The notes under the pieces were generated by a model, which had not been told where the DNA came from, did no database searches, and saw only the letters and a program-made list of their open reading frames with translations. Below, piece by piece: positions 16,195 through 31,619 of a stretch of DNA of 64,000 nucleotides (position 1 is the stretch's first letter; every line of letters begins with the position of its first letter). Source of the stretch: the human T2T-CHM13v2.0 reference genome, Homo sapiens. The position numbers were made by a program, and so were the translations under genes. The stretch lies in NCBI RefSeq assembly GCF_009914755.1, contig NC_060925.1, one strand, 5' to 3'.

Positions 16195-16527
16195 GAGGAT
16201 GTTTTAGGATGACAGTAACACTATACTGGTGAACTCTTAAGTAAGACAGATTGCCCCCCATAGTGTGGGTGGGCCTCATGCAATCAGTTGAAAATGTGAA
16301 TAGAACAGAAAGATCAGCCTCCCAAGCAAAGGGGAATTCCACCAACGGACAGCCTTCAAACTTCATCTGCACCATCAGCTCTCCTGGGTCTCCAGGCTGC
16401 CAGCCAATAGTGCACATTGGGACTTGCCAGCCTCTATAATCGCATGAGCCAATTCCTTGTAATAAATCTCTTTCTATATACGCATACATCTTATTGGTTC
16501 TGTTTCTCTGAAGAATTCTACTACACA
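16195..16527 (+). mobile_element. MLT2 (ERVL) LTR
   Basis: 'gtgggtgggcctcatgcaatcagttgaa...gagccaattcct...aataaatctc...attggttctgtttctctg'. Confidence 0.82.
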
Positions 16528-16667
16528 AGAGTTCCCAAACTCTTACGTTCTTCTGAAGGCATTGTTTATCGAATGTCATAAAGTAAAAAGGAAAAGACAT
16601 CTTTGCTGAAAGTGTTGAGATGTTCAGTTTAAAGATTGATGTGTTTTTATTTTTTCATTTTTATATA

Positions 16668-16990
<323 letters not shown>

Positions 16991-17592
16991 TAGATTGGTG
17001 TGTTTTTAAGCTGGTTTTGAGATGGAGTCTCGCTCTGTTGACCAGGCTGGAGTGCAGTGACGCGATCTCGGCTCACCGCAACCTCTGGCTCCCGGGTTCA
17101 AGCGGGTAATCTCATATCTTACTAATGATGAGTGGTTTTATTTTTTAAGTTCAGTGTTGCTCCCATCAGCTAATAAATACTTCAATGTTTCTGAGTCTGT
17201 AGGAAATAGGTGCTATTTAACTATTTAACTTTTCTCGATCTAGCAGTCAATTAGTCAAGATGGATTTCCGCCTCTGTCTGCTATATACTCCCTGTGCATT
17301 TCACAAAAGCCCTGTGACAGGGCAGGTTTATCTTCCTCCCCCTTTCCCTGTGCCAGCACCTACCCAGGCTAAGGAAAATGAAGGGAGCTTGTCATGTGAG
17401 CCAGGCATGGGAAGGAGACAGCCAGGTGCGTAGCATAAGGCCGTAAAGGAGATATACCAGCAGGAGGTAGGTTTTTTCAGTGTGAAAGGATGAATTGTTT
17501 TTTAGATACTTTACCCAGAGACCAAACCTTGGAAGAAACCTCTTCCTGTTTGCCTCCTCCATCCTCAAAATTGAAGACCTCCTCCCCACTCC

Positions 17593-17595
<3 letters not shown>

Positions 17596-17654
<59 letters not shown>
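17596..17654. repeat. (CA)n(GA)n microsatellite
   Basis: Read directly. Confidence 0.95.
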
Positions 17655-18141
17655 TACACACAGAGCACCCCACCCCTTATCTGGCAGCAGATAAGAACAC
17701 AAAAAGCCTGAGCGTCTTATCAGCAGGAGACCTGAAACTAGACCAAGAAGACTTTGGGGGTAGGTGGAGTGAGGGAGGGGGGCTGTGTAAGCAAAAGTGT
17801 TAAAGCACAAAGAAACAGTGAGAGAATGATAATAGTAAGTTATTGCAAAATGTACTGCCCCATGATCCCCACCCAATTCCTTTTGCTAGGAGGAGCAAAA
17901 TGCTGGGTTTGGCTGTAAAGGAAGTAAAAGAAATAGTCCTTGATCTTATTTGCATTCAGTTTGAAAATCTAGGTATCAGTACACTAGCACCAAATCTAGT
18001 ATTCTTTGGGCAATTTCTTTTCGTAGCTAGAGATGACACTACGAAAAATATTAATGTCTATATGAATGAGCAGGGCTGTGCAGTTTAGCACTCGACCACA
18101 GTTCTCTATAAATACTGATGCCCACCAGTTGGGAACTATAG

Positions 18142-18539
<398 letters not shown>

Positions 18540-18714
18540 TGAATTTACGTTGCCTAGGTTCTTAGCAGTTTTCATGCCCCTGAAGATGTAAAAAAGTGTC
18601 AAGATCGGTAAGAACAACGTGAGATCCAGCAGATATTGGCATGCCTGTGATGCTCCAGGCACTGTACTGGGGCAGTCACTATCCCTGGCCTCTCCAGGGA
18701 GCTTACAGTCTAGT

Positions 18715-19418
<704 letters not shown>

Positions 19419-19532
19419 TAATGATTTTATAACAACCACTATGCAAAAGAAGCAAAGAACATGCTGAAAGCCTATGATGAGATGCTTCACCCCAGTCTGT
19501 GCAGTAGGACTGGCTTTTCTGATCAATGGTGT

Positions 19533-20063
19533 TGTCAGAGGTGTTTGAAACAGAGCAACTTTATGTCGAGTAGGGGCTCGGTAAAATGAGGCTGAGACCT
19601 ACTGGGCTGCGTTCCCAGATGGTTAAGGCATTCTAAGTCACAGGGTGAGACAGGAGGTCAGCACAAGATACAGGTGATAAAGACCTTGCTGATAAAACAG
19701 GTTACAGTAAATAAGCTGGCCAAAACCAAGAGGGCGACGAGAGTGACCTCTGGTCGTCCTCACTAATACACTCCCACCAGTGCCATGACAGTTTACAAAT
19801 GCCATGGCAATGTCAGGAAGTTACCCTATATCGTCTAAAAAGGGGATCCATGAATAATCCACCCCTTGTTTAGCATATCATCAAGAAATAACCATAAAAA
19901 TGGGCAGCCAGGAACCCTCAGGTCTGCTCTGTCTACGGAGTAGCAATTCTTTATTCCTTCACTTTTCTAATAAACGTGCTTTCACTTTATGGACGTGCCT
20001 TGAATTCTTTCTTGTGCGAAACCCAAGAACCCTCTCTTGGATCGGGACCCGTTTCCTGTAATA
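19533..20063 (+). mobile_element. MER41A solo LTR (ERV1)
   Basis: TGTCAGAGGTGTTTGAA start; 4-bp TSD GTGT at 19529-19532 and 20064-20067; lacks the GAS-bearing segment of MER41B. Confidence 0.88.
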
Positions 20064-20461
20064 GTGTGTCAGCTGATATCTACAGAAAGAGGGAGTCAAC
20101 TAGACTAGAATTGAGTAAAAAGCCTCCTCCACCCCCAGGGGAAACTATGTGGAAACCCCAAGGCAGTTGGGAGCAGGGAAGAAGGTGAGTGGGGAAGGCC
20201 AAACGAATGGAGTTGACAGAGGAGGCAGGACAGGTGGGCACCCCAGGCCAGGTAGGACAATCAGCCATGAATATCAGACTCATTCTAGGTGGGAAGCGAC
20301 TGTAGGGTTGTTTGAGGAGAAGAGGGAATGGTGACTGCTTTGATTTGCATGTTCAAAAGTATAACCATTAGGTTGAAAGAGCAGGATCCCAAATGTGTAG
20401 GAGAAATCACTCACCAACTCCTTGATTCAACATTCCAGGGTTATTCCTTCTTTTCTTCTTA

Positions 20462-20960
20462 AAAAAAATTAGTAGAATACACGTAACTTAAAATTTACCA
20501 TCTTAACCATGTTTAAGGGAACAGGTCAGTGGCATTAAGTACATTCATATTGTTGTGCGACCATCTTGCAAAATTGAAACTCTCTGCCTATTAAAAACTA
20601 ACTTCTGATTCCCCACTTCCCCAACCCCTGGTGACCACTTTCTCTCTCCTCTATGAATATGACTCCCCTAGGTACCTCATATTAGTAGAATCACACAGTA
20701 TTTGCCGTTTCGTGACTGGCTTATTTCACTTAATATAATGTCCTCAAGGTTCATCCATTTTGTAGCACGCATCCGAACTTCCTTTCTTCCTAAGGCTGAA
20801 TGATATTTCATTGTATGTGTGCCATGTTTTGTGTATCCATTCATCCATCAGTGAACTCTCGAATTGCTTCCACCTTTTGACTATTATGAATAATGCTGCT
20901 ATGGACATGGGTGTACAGACAGACAAGGCCCTGCCTGCAATTATTTTGTAAATATACCCT
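20462..20960 (-). mobile_element. L1MB 3' end
   Basis: 'aaaatttaccatcttaaccat...gtggcattaagtacattcatattgttgtgc...gactggcttatttcactta'. Confidence 0.85.
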
Positions 20961-22209
20961 CAAAGGCTTTTTCTTGAATCCTGATTCTGGGAATTACACT
21001 ATACTAAACACTATGGGGGTTTAGAAACCTAACTATGACAGTCTCTGACACCCCAAAGAGACAGGAAAATGCCCCCACCCCTCTCTCTGCAGCTTTCAGT
21101 GGAGTAAATAAATAAGTGGTGACTGATGTGATTAAAAAGACAGAACTAGTTAACAGGACTGGGTAAGATGCTTAGGTCAAGTCAATAAAAGATGAAGAAC
21201 CACTGGAGGGTTTTTGTTTGCTTGCTTGCTTGGTAAATTGGTTGGTTAGTTGGTTGTCTGATTTGTTAAAAAATTAAATTAAGTTAAACATAGAAGCACC
21301 TGAACTGAATTAGGCTACAGAAAAATCCCACCAGAGTCCATATGTAGGATGAATTGGAGAAGGAGGGGAAACTGGAGACAGAGGGCCTAGAGAGGAGGCT
21401 GTGGTAATAGCCCAGACAAGAAAAAATCAGGGTCTTAAATGACACCGTATCAGTGGCCATGGAAAGAAAGGACTCTTTCTTTGAGGTTAGTGCCCATTTG
21501 CGATTGGTTGACCCTGATTTCAGCAAGATCTGGTCTCTGAGCCCACAATGTGCCTCTACCTTCTGGACTGTCAGCCTCTGTCAGAGGTAGAACATTTCTT
21601 CCCCTAGGGGATCCTTCCATGAAGAAACATCTCCATCTGCTTCATCTCCTGCTTCCTTGTGACCAAATGAAATCCACCCAGGAGAGCTCTGCATCACACA
21701 CCAACGGTCTCAGGGCTGTTTCCAGCAGCAGCTTTGAAGGACAGCTTCTCCGAGCAGGAACTCCCACTGGGCAACTCAAGAAGCCTCTAGGCGACTCAGT
21801 CCCTTTAGCTATTTTTAGTGTGCCTTTTACATTCAGAAACTGGAAACCTTCTGTACAAACTCATTTTTTTTCTGCTTCCCTCAGGCAGAAAGTTTCAATC
21901 TTAAACCTTCATGCTAAATGACACAATGTTTGAGAATTTAGCTTACTTTCTTTCCTCATTGTTACCGCACTATTCATACCTCTAAGTATGCAAAGAGCTC
22001 TGAATCTTACAGTTCCGGCTCAAGCAGCAGTCAAATTGCAATGAATGAGGTCTCTAACTGTATTAAGACCATGATGTCAAGCTGGGGGTGGGGTGGGGAG
22101 GGTGTGCAAAACTATACAGTCATTGAGGGACACAAACTTCAACCTCCACCTCCACCCCAAACACACTACAAAAAGTAATGCCTTAAGCTTGAACATGAGC
22201 ACCGTGTAA

Positions 22210-22703
<494 letters not shown>

Positions 22704-22809
22704 ATAAAATTTTATTTTTTAAAGAGCATTCTTTAGGAATAGGATATAACTAGCTTAAAAAAAAATCTACTTTAACATCTTATTTGCTTGGTACTATTAA
22801 GAATTCTAG

Positions 22810-23169
<360 letters not shown>

Positions 23170-23274
23170 TAATTGGCTAATCTCTGAAGTACTGGAAAAA
23201 CATCCAGAAGAATAGGACATGAAGCTGACAACACGCTTCATGAGGAATATGACATAAACTTATCCCCCCTTGCC

Positions 23275-23685
23275 CAGTTTTTTACTTTGAAAATTGTCAA
23301 ACATATGGAAAAGTTCAATGAATAGTACACCATTCAAGGGCACCATACTTCACCTAGATTCACTAGTTGTTTATAGTTTACCAATTTTCCTTCTCTTCCT
23401 CCATCTTTCCTCCTATATATGTGATGTATGTGTGAGTATTTACAGACACACACACATTTATATTCATATACGCCAAACCATTTGAAAACAAATTGTAAGC
23501 ATGATGCCACTTCACCTTGTCACATGAACAGCCTGGCTGCTCACACAAAGCCTGTTCGTGGACTCTCTTCACGTGGACGCGCGTGACACACCTTAAGTGC
23601 TTTAATATGTACTCCTAAGAGCAAAAACATTGTCTTTTATAATCCCAGTGCCATTATTACACTCAAGAAACCTAACATTGATATT
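23275..23685 (-). mobile_element. L1MC-like 3' end, interrupted by a mini-LTR
   Basis: 'ttgaaaattgtcaaacatatggaaaagtt...cttcacctagattcac...aaccatttgaa...catgatgccacttcacc'. Confidence 0.7.
23518..23588 (+). mobile_element. 71-bp internally deleted HERV-H-like (LTR7-family) solo LTR
   Basis: TGTCA...AACAGCCTGGCTGCTCACACAAAGCCTGTT...CTCTTCAC..GGACGCGCGTGACA; 5-bp TSD CACCT at 23513-23517 and 23589-23593. Confidence 0.75.
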
Positions 23686-24024
23686 TTAAGGGACACTTTT
23701 TCAAAAAAAAGGTAAAATTATGACTCGTACAGATACTAAAAAAAAAAGTTAAAGATTTATTCAATTCATTAATAATGAGGAAACTGCAAGATGCTACAGC
23801 CAGTTCAAAAGATAATCCAAAGAAGACACACATTTATTGTTAAGGATACTGAAAGGAATAAGCAAACTGAGGCAAAACTGGCTGCTTCTTGTCTGTGGTC
23901 AAGGATTGTTTTGCATTGTTATCCATGATCTACAATTTATTGAGTTGTAAAATAACTCAAAGGCCATGAAAGGTGCAGAGCCCCTATAGGATCAAAATTA
24001 GATAACCCTGAAGGGTGGGTGGGT

Positions 24025-24238
24025 GGGTTCTAGACCTTTTCCTATAAAGGGCTAGATTGTAAATGTTTTTGGTTTTGCAAGCCATATGGTTTTTGTACAG
24101 ATACTCAACTGTCAGTGAACATGCAAGTAATCTTAGATAATATGTGAAGGGTGAATGCTGCTGTGTGCCAATAAACTTTATTTACAAACACAGGTGGCCA
24201 GCTGGATCTGGCTCACTGGTTGTAGTTTGCCAACCCTG
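24025..24238 (+). mobile_element. MER58A (hAT)
   Basis: 'ctataaagggctagat..taaat...ctgtgtgccaataaactttatttacaaa...gtagtttgccaaccctg'. Confidence 0.8.
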
Positions 24239-24304
24239 CTCTAAACAATGCATAATTTTCCATTGAAGCATACATTTTACCCTACAGATACAACAATAAG
24301 ATGT

Positions 24305-24822
24305 TGTTACGGGCTGAATTGTGGCTCCCCAAAATTCCTTTGTTAAAGTCCTAACCCCTAGTACCTCTGAATGTAACTGTAGTTGGACATAGGGACATTA
24401 AAAGGGTGATTAAGGTAAAATGAGGTCATGTTGGTGGGTCCTAACCCAATATGACCGATGTCCTTATAAGAAGAGAAAATTAGGACTGGGCACAGTGGCT
24501 CATTCCTGTAATCTCAGCACTTTGGGAGGCTGAGGCAGAAGGATCACTTGAGCTCAGGAGTTTGAGACCAGCCTGGTGAGACCCCCATCTCAAAAAAAAA
24601 AAAAAAAGAAGAAGAAGAAGGAGAAGAAGAAGAAACAATGAAGAAAAGAGAAGGCAACTAGGACACAGATAGGCACAGAGGGAAGACCATGTGGTAACAC
24701 AGAGAGAAGACGACCATCTATAAGCCAAGGAGAGGGGCCTCAGAAGAAACCAACCCTGCCAACACATTGGCCTTGGATCTTCAGCATCCACAACCGTGAG
24801 GCAATATAATAGCCCTAGCAAA
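24305..24822 (+). mobile_element. MLT1B LTR with an Alu monomer (FLAM, 24483-24607) and (GAA)n inserted
   Basis: TGTTACGGGCTGAATTGTG start; 'taaggtaaaatgaggtcat...gtccttataagaagag'. Confidence 0.85.
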
Positions 24823-25635
24823 CGAATGCAGATGTCTTCCAGTTTTAAAAAGATAGCTACATAATCTTGGGTCAAGTGAACAGGATGCTATTTTTCCTTA
24901 AAATTGTTTTATTAGATGCAATATTTGCAAGATACATTTCAAAGGTGGAGATAGGAGGAAGGTTTTGATGTCAAACAAGTTTAGAAACTATAGCAAACTG
25001 TAGTTCCTTCTTAGAAATCCACTACATTCTCAGTATGTGTCATGCTCCTGAGATATCCTGCAATCAGGTCTGTTTAACCTTTGCGTAACCCTGACTTTCC
25101 CAAACTTTGAATGCCTTTTCAAAAAGAGATACAATTCTGATTAATAACACCATCATTCTTGGAACACACTTTGGAAACACTAGTATGAACAAAATATGAG
25201 GCAAATATTCTAAGGATATAAAGATGCCTGTGGACTGAGCCTTGAGAACTGTGGGATTCACAAGCCTGGAAGGGAATACACGCGTTCCAGGTAGGGGCGA
25301 AGGGAAGACTCCTGTGGCCCGTCATGTGGCGTCATGATGTGGAAAGCAAGGCACAGAGGGGCCACACTGCCCAGAGCCGAGTGCTTATGTTGCTGTGTGA
25401 TAGGAAGGCTGGTCCTGAAGGAAGGATCAGTGCCCCCTTGTCAAAGAGAACCTGAGGCTTTCAGTATCCAGTTGTAGAATAAGGAGTGGAATTCGGAACA
25501 TCTGGCCCTCGGTGTCTTCCTTTGGGGGCCCTGGTGATCACTTCCAGCAGAACTTTATCGCCCGCAATGGGTTCCTTCTATGAGGTCTGTCAATGGGGTA
25601 AAGGCCCGGATGGTGCGCCCAATGTCAGCCCGAAG

Positions 25636-25649
25636 CCACCAGATGGCGC
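25636..25649 (+). promoter_or_regulatory. CTCF core motif
   Basis: CCACCAGATGGCGC matches CCASYAGRKGGCRS in a CpG-retaining unique patch. Confidence 0.7.
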
Positions 25650-26744
25650 GCGGAACCCGCAATGCACGTGCGCCAGCCTCGCGTTTGTCCCCGCACTGGC
25701 CCCAGGCCTTGGGAAATGTGTCTTTCCCCAGCCTTTTTACACTTTAGGAAGCTCTTCTTTAGAGAAGCATGTGAAACACCCCCCTGCACAACTGTGCTCC
25801 TCCTGCCCTTCCCCTCCTGGGGACACATCAGCAGCCCTTCCCTGGTTTGAAGAGTTTCCAAGCCGAGGAGTCTCTTGCATGTTTGTTCTACTGGAACTCG
25901 AAGCAGGAAGCACTGAGCTTCCATTTTGTAACCCACGATCCTGGTGAAGTACAATCGTTAGGGAAAAAACATCTTAAGGATTGTGTGTTAGGGCAACCTC
26001 ATTTCTGGCGTGAAAACAAGCCCCGCAAACACCCTGTTGTTACTCTGGTGTTCTGACTGCAAACACGGGGGGATGTAAGATTTTTACCTAATCCCAAACC
26101 TCGGCCCTGAAGAGTTAATGATGTTACTCATGCCACTGGGGCACAAAAGAAAGACTTGCATGTTCGGGTGGTTATGGCTTGCCCAGAGCGGTGGAATGAG
26201 CCATAAGGCTGAAGGCCAAGGGACTCGGGCCACCCATGCAGTGAAATAATCCCCCAGAAATGCGGTGCCGGGAGTGGAAATGAAAGTAAAGAGAACAGTC
26301 ATTCCAGGGCATTGGCTAAACCTGACTAAACCTGACTGATCATCAAGCCTAAAGTTCTCTCGACTCCCAAAACTGCAAATCTCAGATTTTGGGAGGTACT
26401 GCGTAGAAACCAGGAAATGACAGAAATCAAGCAGTTGGAACACTGTTCTTGTCCAACTCTGGGTCTTAAGCTCTGTTCTCATTTTCAGTTCCAAAAGCAA
26501 TGAATAATTAATAAGGTAGTTTTTGAATGGAAAGCACATTTCAATGGATGGGTGATGATTTCCGAAGGGCCTCTGACAGTTTCTGTTTATTTCCTTCCTT
26601 CTTTCTCTTTTTGAAATAAAACCGTGGAAGTGAAGACTGAAGCAATATTCAAATATACAACAGCCTGCATGTTTGACCCATCAGAAACTTGCACCAATAA
26701 TGAAAAGCAGGATCTAATATCTACCTTGGCACCTGCTGTATGCC

Positions 26745-26960
26745 TCACACTCTGTTCCATGTTTTTATGGAAGTGATGTCTCATTTAATCCTCACAGTCA
26801 TGGCTTGGTAGTTGGCACTGGCCCAGGTTTTTAGATGAGGACTCTAGGCTCCTATGAGGTTAAGCAGCTTACCCAAAGTCACACAACTAGTAAACTTGAG
26901 AACTAGGAATTGGAACTAGGTATATCTGATTTCAAAGCCTCAGTTCCTCTTCCTTTGCCC
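26745..26960 (-). mobile_element. MIR
   Basis: 'tctcatttaatcctcac...agatgagga..ct.aggctc...acccaaagtcacacaactagtaa'. Confidence 0.8.
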
Positions 26961-27722
26961 ATGCATTTCACAGACTCATGGGACCTCATGGAGTTAGAAG
27001 GGATCTGGGAGGGCATTTAGACGAATGCTCTAAATAATGCATGAATCTCTTTTCCAGCATTCTCTGTAAGTTGAAAGCTAAACAAGTGTGAATGTGCCTG
27101 AAATCAAAAGCTGAAGCTGAAAAAGAAGTCAGAGAAAGACTTCAGAATTCAGATAGAGGGCCTAAAATACATGTAATAGATTTTGTTCCTATTTTCTCTA
27201 AAAGTGGGACAGATGTATATATTTAAGTCTGTGAGAAGGCCAACAATGCACCTAAGGAATGAGTCCAGACTGTTGTTCTCTTAGCCCAGCTCAAACGGGA
27301 ATAGTTGAAGAAAAATGACTAGGAAAAGAAGGCACGTGCTGGTATGGATGGGATGTCTCTGATATCCTGAAGATATGTGCACTGTAATTCAAAGAGATTC
27401 AGAGAAATGCCACTGTTTCAGCATACACATCCTCAGGTCCTGGAATGATAAGGCAAAAAGCTCTGCTCTCCCCCAATACTAGGGAAAGGTAACTAAGTGA
27501 GAGCAGGTGACCAGCCTCGGGCCACATAGCAAGGAGGTGGCAGAGCTAGAAATAGAACCAAGTGCTGAGTGTCTTGGTTGTGCCGTGGTGCTGCTCACCC
27601 TTGCTACCTCACACATCTTCCGTCATGACTGGCTCTGTGTGAATTTGGAAACTCAAAACCAGGTTTCAGTTTTCATTACATACTGGAAACTTGGCCTTGG
27701 ATCACAAGAAGTTCACTATGGG

Positions 27723-28227
<505 letters not shown>

Positions 28228-28597
28228 TCAGAGCCAGTCAGGGAATAACTTGGGGAGAGAGAGAGAGAAAAGGAGGGAATGATTTAGGAGGTGTGCATAT
28301 TCATTTGCAAATGAAGTTATGGAAGTTGCTAGTGAGATTTTTATTGGTAATTAAGTGATAATGCCTGTGTAAAGCTGCTAGAGTTGGAATTCCTGTAAAA
28401 TACTGAAGGGACTGAGGCCCTTTTGAGAAATGTCTTATTGTTTAGCATTTTCAGAAACAATTTAGGTTTCTGTAGTATCTTATATCCTGTAACTAGTAAC
28501 TCCTCAAAGCATTCTTGCGAGGCAGGTCGCTGGGCTAACCTATTTGTGCACCTCCAAAGATTGTTCATTTACATGTAGAGGGTATGTTAGATGACAC

Positions 28598-28651
28598 CTC
28601 TCTCTCTCTCTGTGACACACACACACACACACACACATACACACACACACA
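28598..28651. repeat. (CT)n..(CA)n microsatellite
   Basis: Read directly. Confidence 0.92.
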
Positions 28652-28811
28652 TGCTAGGATAGAGGATCAAATGTCCTTCACATGGCATGGCCAGGTAGAG
28701 AGTGTTTTGTTTTGTTTTAAATCATTAAGATCCTGTATATGATTAGCTTGAGATAATCCAGTTTAATTAGTGGAATTAGAGGAATTAGGAAGGATCCAGG
28801 TATGGTGACTA

Positions 28812-29168
<357 letters not shown>

Positions 29169-30650
29169 AAAGAATTAGCATTTGAACTACTATGACTGCT
29201 ATGTAAAAAAGTAATCACTTTCTTCCCTTGCTGGCTGGCAGAGGTGGCCCCAAAATCCACAAGGCTGGGAGAAAGTATCAAAGGAGAAAATCAAGAACCT
29301 GGCCCCAGTTCAAACTGGATAGTAAGCCCTTGATTAATTAATAACTGCCTCTTCTGTAAATATTATTTGATATTGAGAGAGAGACTCACTTATCTACAAA
29401 TGTGCCTTGTCTGTAGTGAGAGGTCAGCCAGGACAGGTAGGTCAGAGGGTGAAGTCCAAACTAAGCAATTCCAATGTATTAATTTTTTCAAGAGCATACT
29501 TTATTGTTGTTAACATATAAAAAGAAAATATGTTAAATTAATACATGTCTAATCAAAAGTCTAAAAGAGTAGTGTGCTCACATACCAACCATGCTGGAAC
29601 TCAGCTCTTATTAGCTACCTGTTCATGTGGGAGGTGGGTACATGTGAACATGCCTGATATAATGTCAGGGTGTGGGCACGCCTCCAAAAGTTAGAGGGTC
29701 TGGGCTCCAGGAAGTGGGTAATGCAGCCCTGGGCACTGGGGGAGGAGAGTGAAAAAATGAGCCATTAGGGTCAGAAAGGAAAAGGGAGAGAAAATTTGGG
29801 AACAGGAAAGGCGTTTCATTTTAAGCACCTGGTGCTTAATCCAGGATTTTGTAACACATCCTCACTTTTTCTGGAGGTTCCTAGATTATATCCCCTAAAA
29901 ATACCATAAGTTTCCTAAGCCCAGATGATGTAATAATCCATGTTTCATGGACTTCCCTCTGCCATTGGCTGGTTGTTCTGTTGTTTTCTGGAGAATAAAG
30001 TGACTATGGAGATCTTGAAGGTGATGGACACTTAACCAAGGCCTGTTAATGAAAATATGAAGGGTATTTTGGAGATGACTATTTGCTAGGAGTTTCCAGA
30101 GATGAACTGAATTGTCGCATTATCTGTACTATTATTAGTCACAGACTTTATCCATTTTTTCCTTCCCTTGTTTAGCTAATTCTAGTACTTCCTGAGGGAT
30201 GTTAGTTTTAAATTTACTACTGATGGCCAAGACTAAGTTTCAGGCCAAAAATCTTAGTTCTTGCAAGACTATAAAGCCAAGTCATCTTTTGGAATTATCC
30301 AAAGACGTATAACAGAGGACAGGAGAAAACAAATGTCACCCACTCATTTAAACACACAAATACACATTTATAATGGCCACCACACACTGAAAATTTACTA
30401 GATGAGTGACACTCCACTGTGCCCATTTAATAATGGGATCAATGAACAACTGAATAAACCGATTGCTGTATTTTGATTGCTAGCTCCTCTTTTTTCCTCA
30501 CTCCTTGTTCCCATTGTCCTTTTAGCTTCTTTATGCTCTGTTTTAGCAAGCTCATCAAAGATTTAAACATCTGCTTTTTGTCAAAACATCTCAAATTTAT
30601 ATTATTTTCTGTGACCTTTCTCCTGTGCCTATAAGATATCTTTACCTATC

Positions 30651-31011
30651 TGATATGGGTTGGCTGTGTCCCCATGCAAATCTCATCTTAAATTGTAGCT
30701 CCCATAATTCCCATGTGTCGTGGGAAGGACCCAGTGGGAGGTAATTGAATCATGGGGGTAGGTCTTTCCATGCTATTCTTGTGACAGTGAATAAGTCTCA
30801 TGAGATCTGATGGTTTTATAAATGGGAGTTCCCCTACACAAGCTCTCTCTTGCCTGCTGCCATGTAAGATGTGACTGCTCCTCCTTTGCTTTCTGCCATG
30901 GTTGTGAGGCCTCCTCAGCTGGGTGGAACTGAGTCCATTACCCCTTTTTCCTTTATAAATTACCCAGTCTCGGATATGTCTTTATTAGCAGCATGAGAAC
31001 AGACTAATACA
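30651..31011 (+). mobile_element. THE1 solo LTR (MaLR)
   Basis: TGATATGG.TTGGCTGTGTCCCC...GAGAACAGACTAATACA; TSD CTATC at 30646-30650 and 31463-31467. Confidence 0.92.
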
Positions 31012-31012
31012 C

Positions 31013-31459
31013 TGTGAACCCCGAAAATTTGAGGTAGGTCTCGGTTAATTTGGAAAGTTTATTTTGCCAAGGTGAGGACATGCCCGTGACACGGCCTCAG
31101 GAAGTCCTGATGACATGTGCCCAAGGTGATCAGGGCACAGCTTGGTTTTATACATTTAGGGAGACATGAGACATCAATCAATATATGTAAGAAGTACATT
31201 GGTTTAGTCTGGAAAGGTGGGACAACTTGAAGCAAAGGCAGGAAGACTCAAAGTGGGAGGGAGCTGCCAGGTCACAGACAGGTGATCCATTCTTTTGAGT
31301 TTCTGATTAGCCTTTCCAAAGGAGGGAAATCAGATATGCATCTATCTCAGTGAGCAGAGGAGTGACTGTGAATAGAATGGGAGGCAGGTTCGTCCTAAGC
31401 AGTTCTGGGCTTGAGTTTTCCTTAGTGATTTTGGGGGTCCAAGATGTCTTCCTTTCACC
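31013..31459 (-). mobile_element. MER4A1-like solo LTR (ERV1)
   Basis: Reverse strand begins .GTGAAAGGAAGACATCTTGGACCCCCAAAATCACTAAG; TSD ACAC. Confidence 0.85.
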
Positions 31460-31619
31460 ACACTATCCCAGCCATAACATGAGAGAGAACAGAGCAGAGA
31501 GAGAGAGAGAGCTAGTGTGAGCTCTGGCTAACCACTTACTGGCTCAGCCACCTGGGTAATTCGCTGCATCTTTTGGCCTCAGTTCTTTTTTCAGTTAGAT
31601 TTCATTCTCTGGAACCACA

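Noticed and set aside
29484-29506. Minus-strand AATAAA followed by A6 (possible retrocopy end)
   Set aside because: No TSD or recognisable parent gene.
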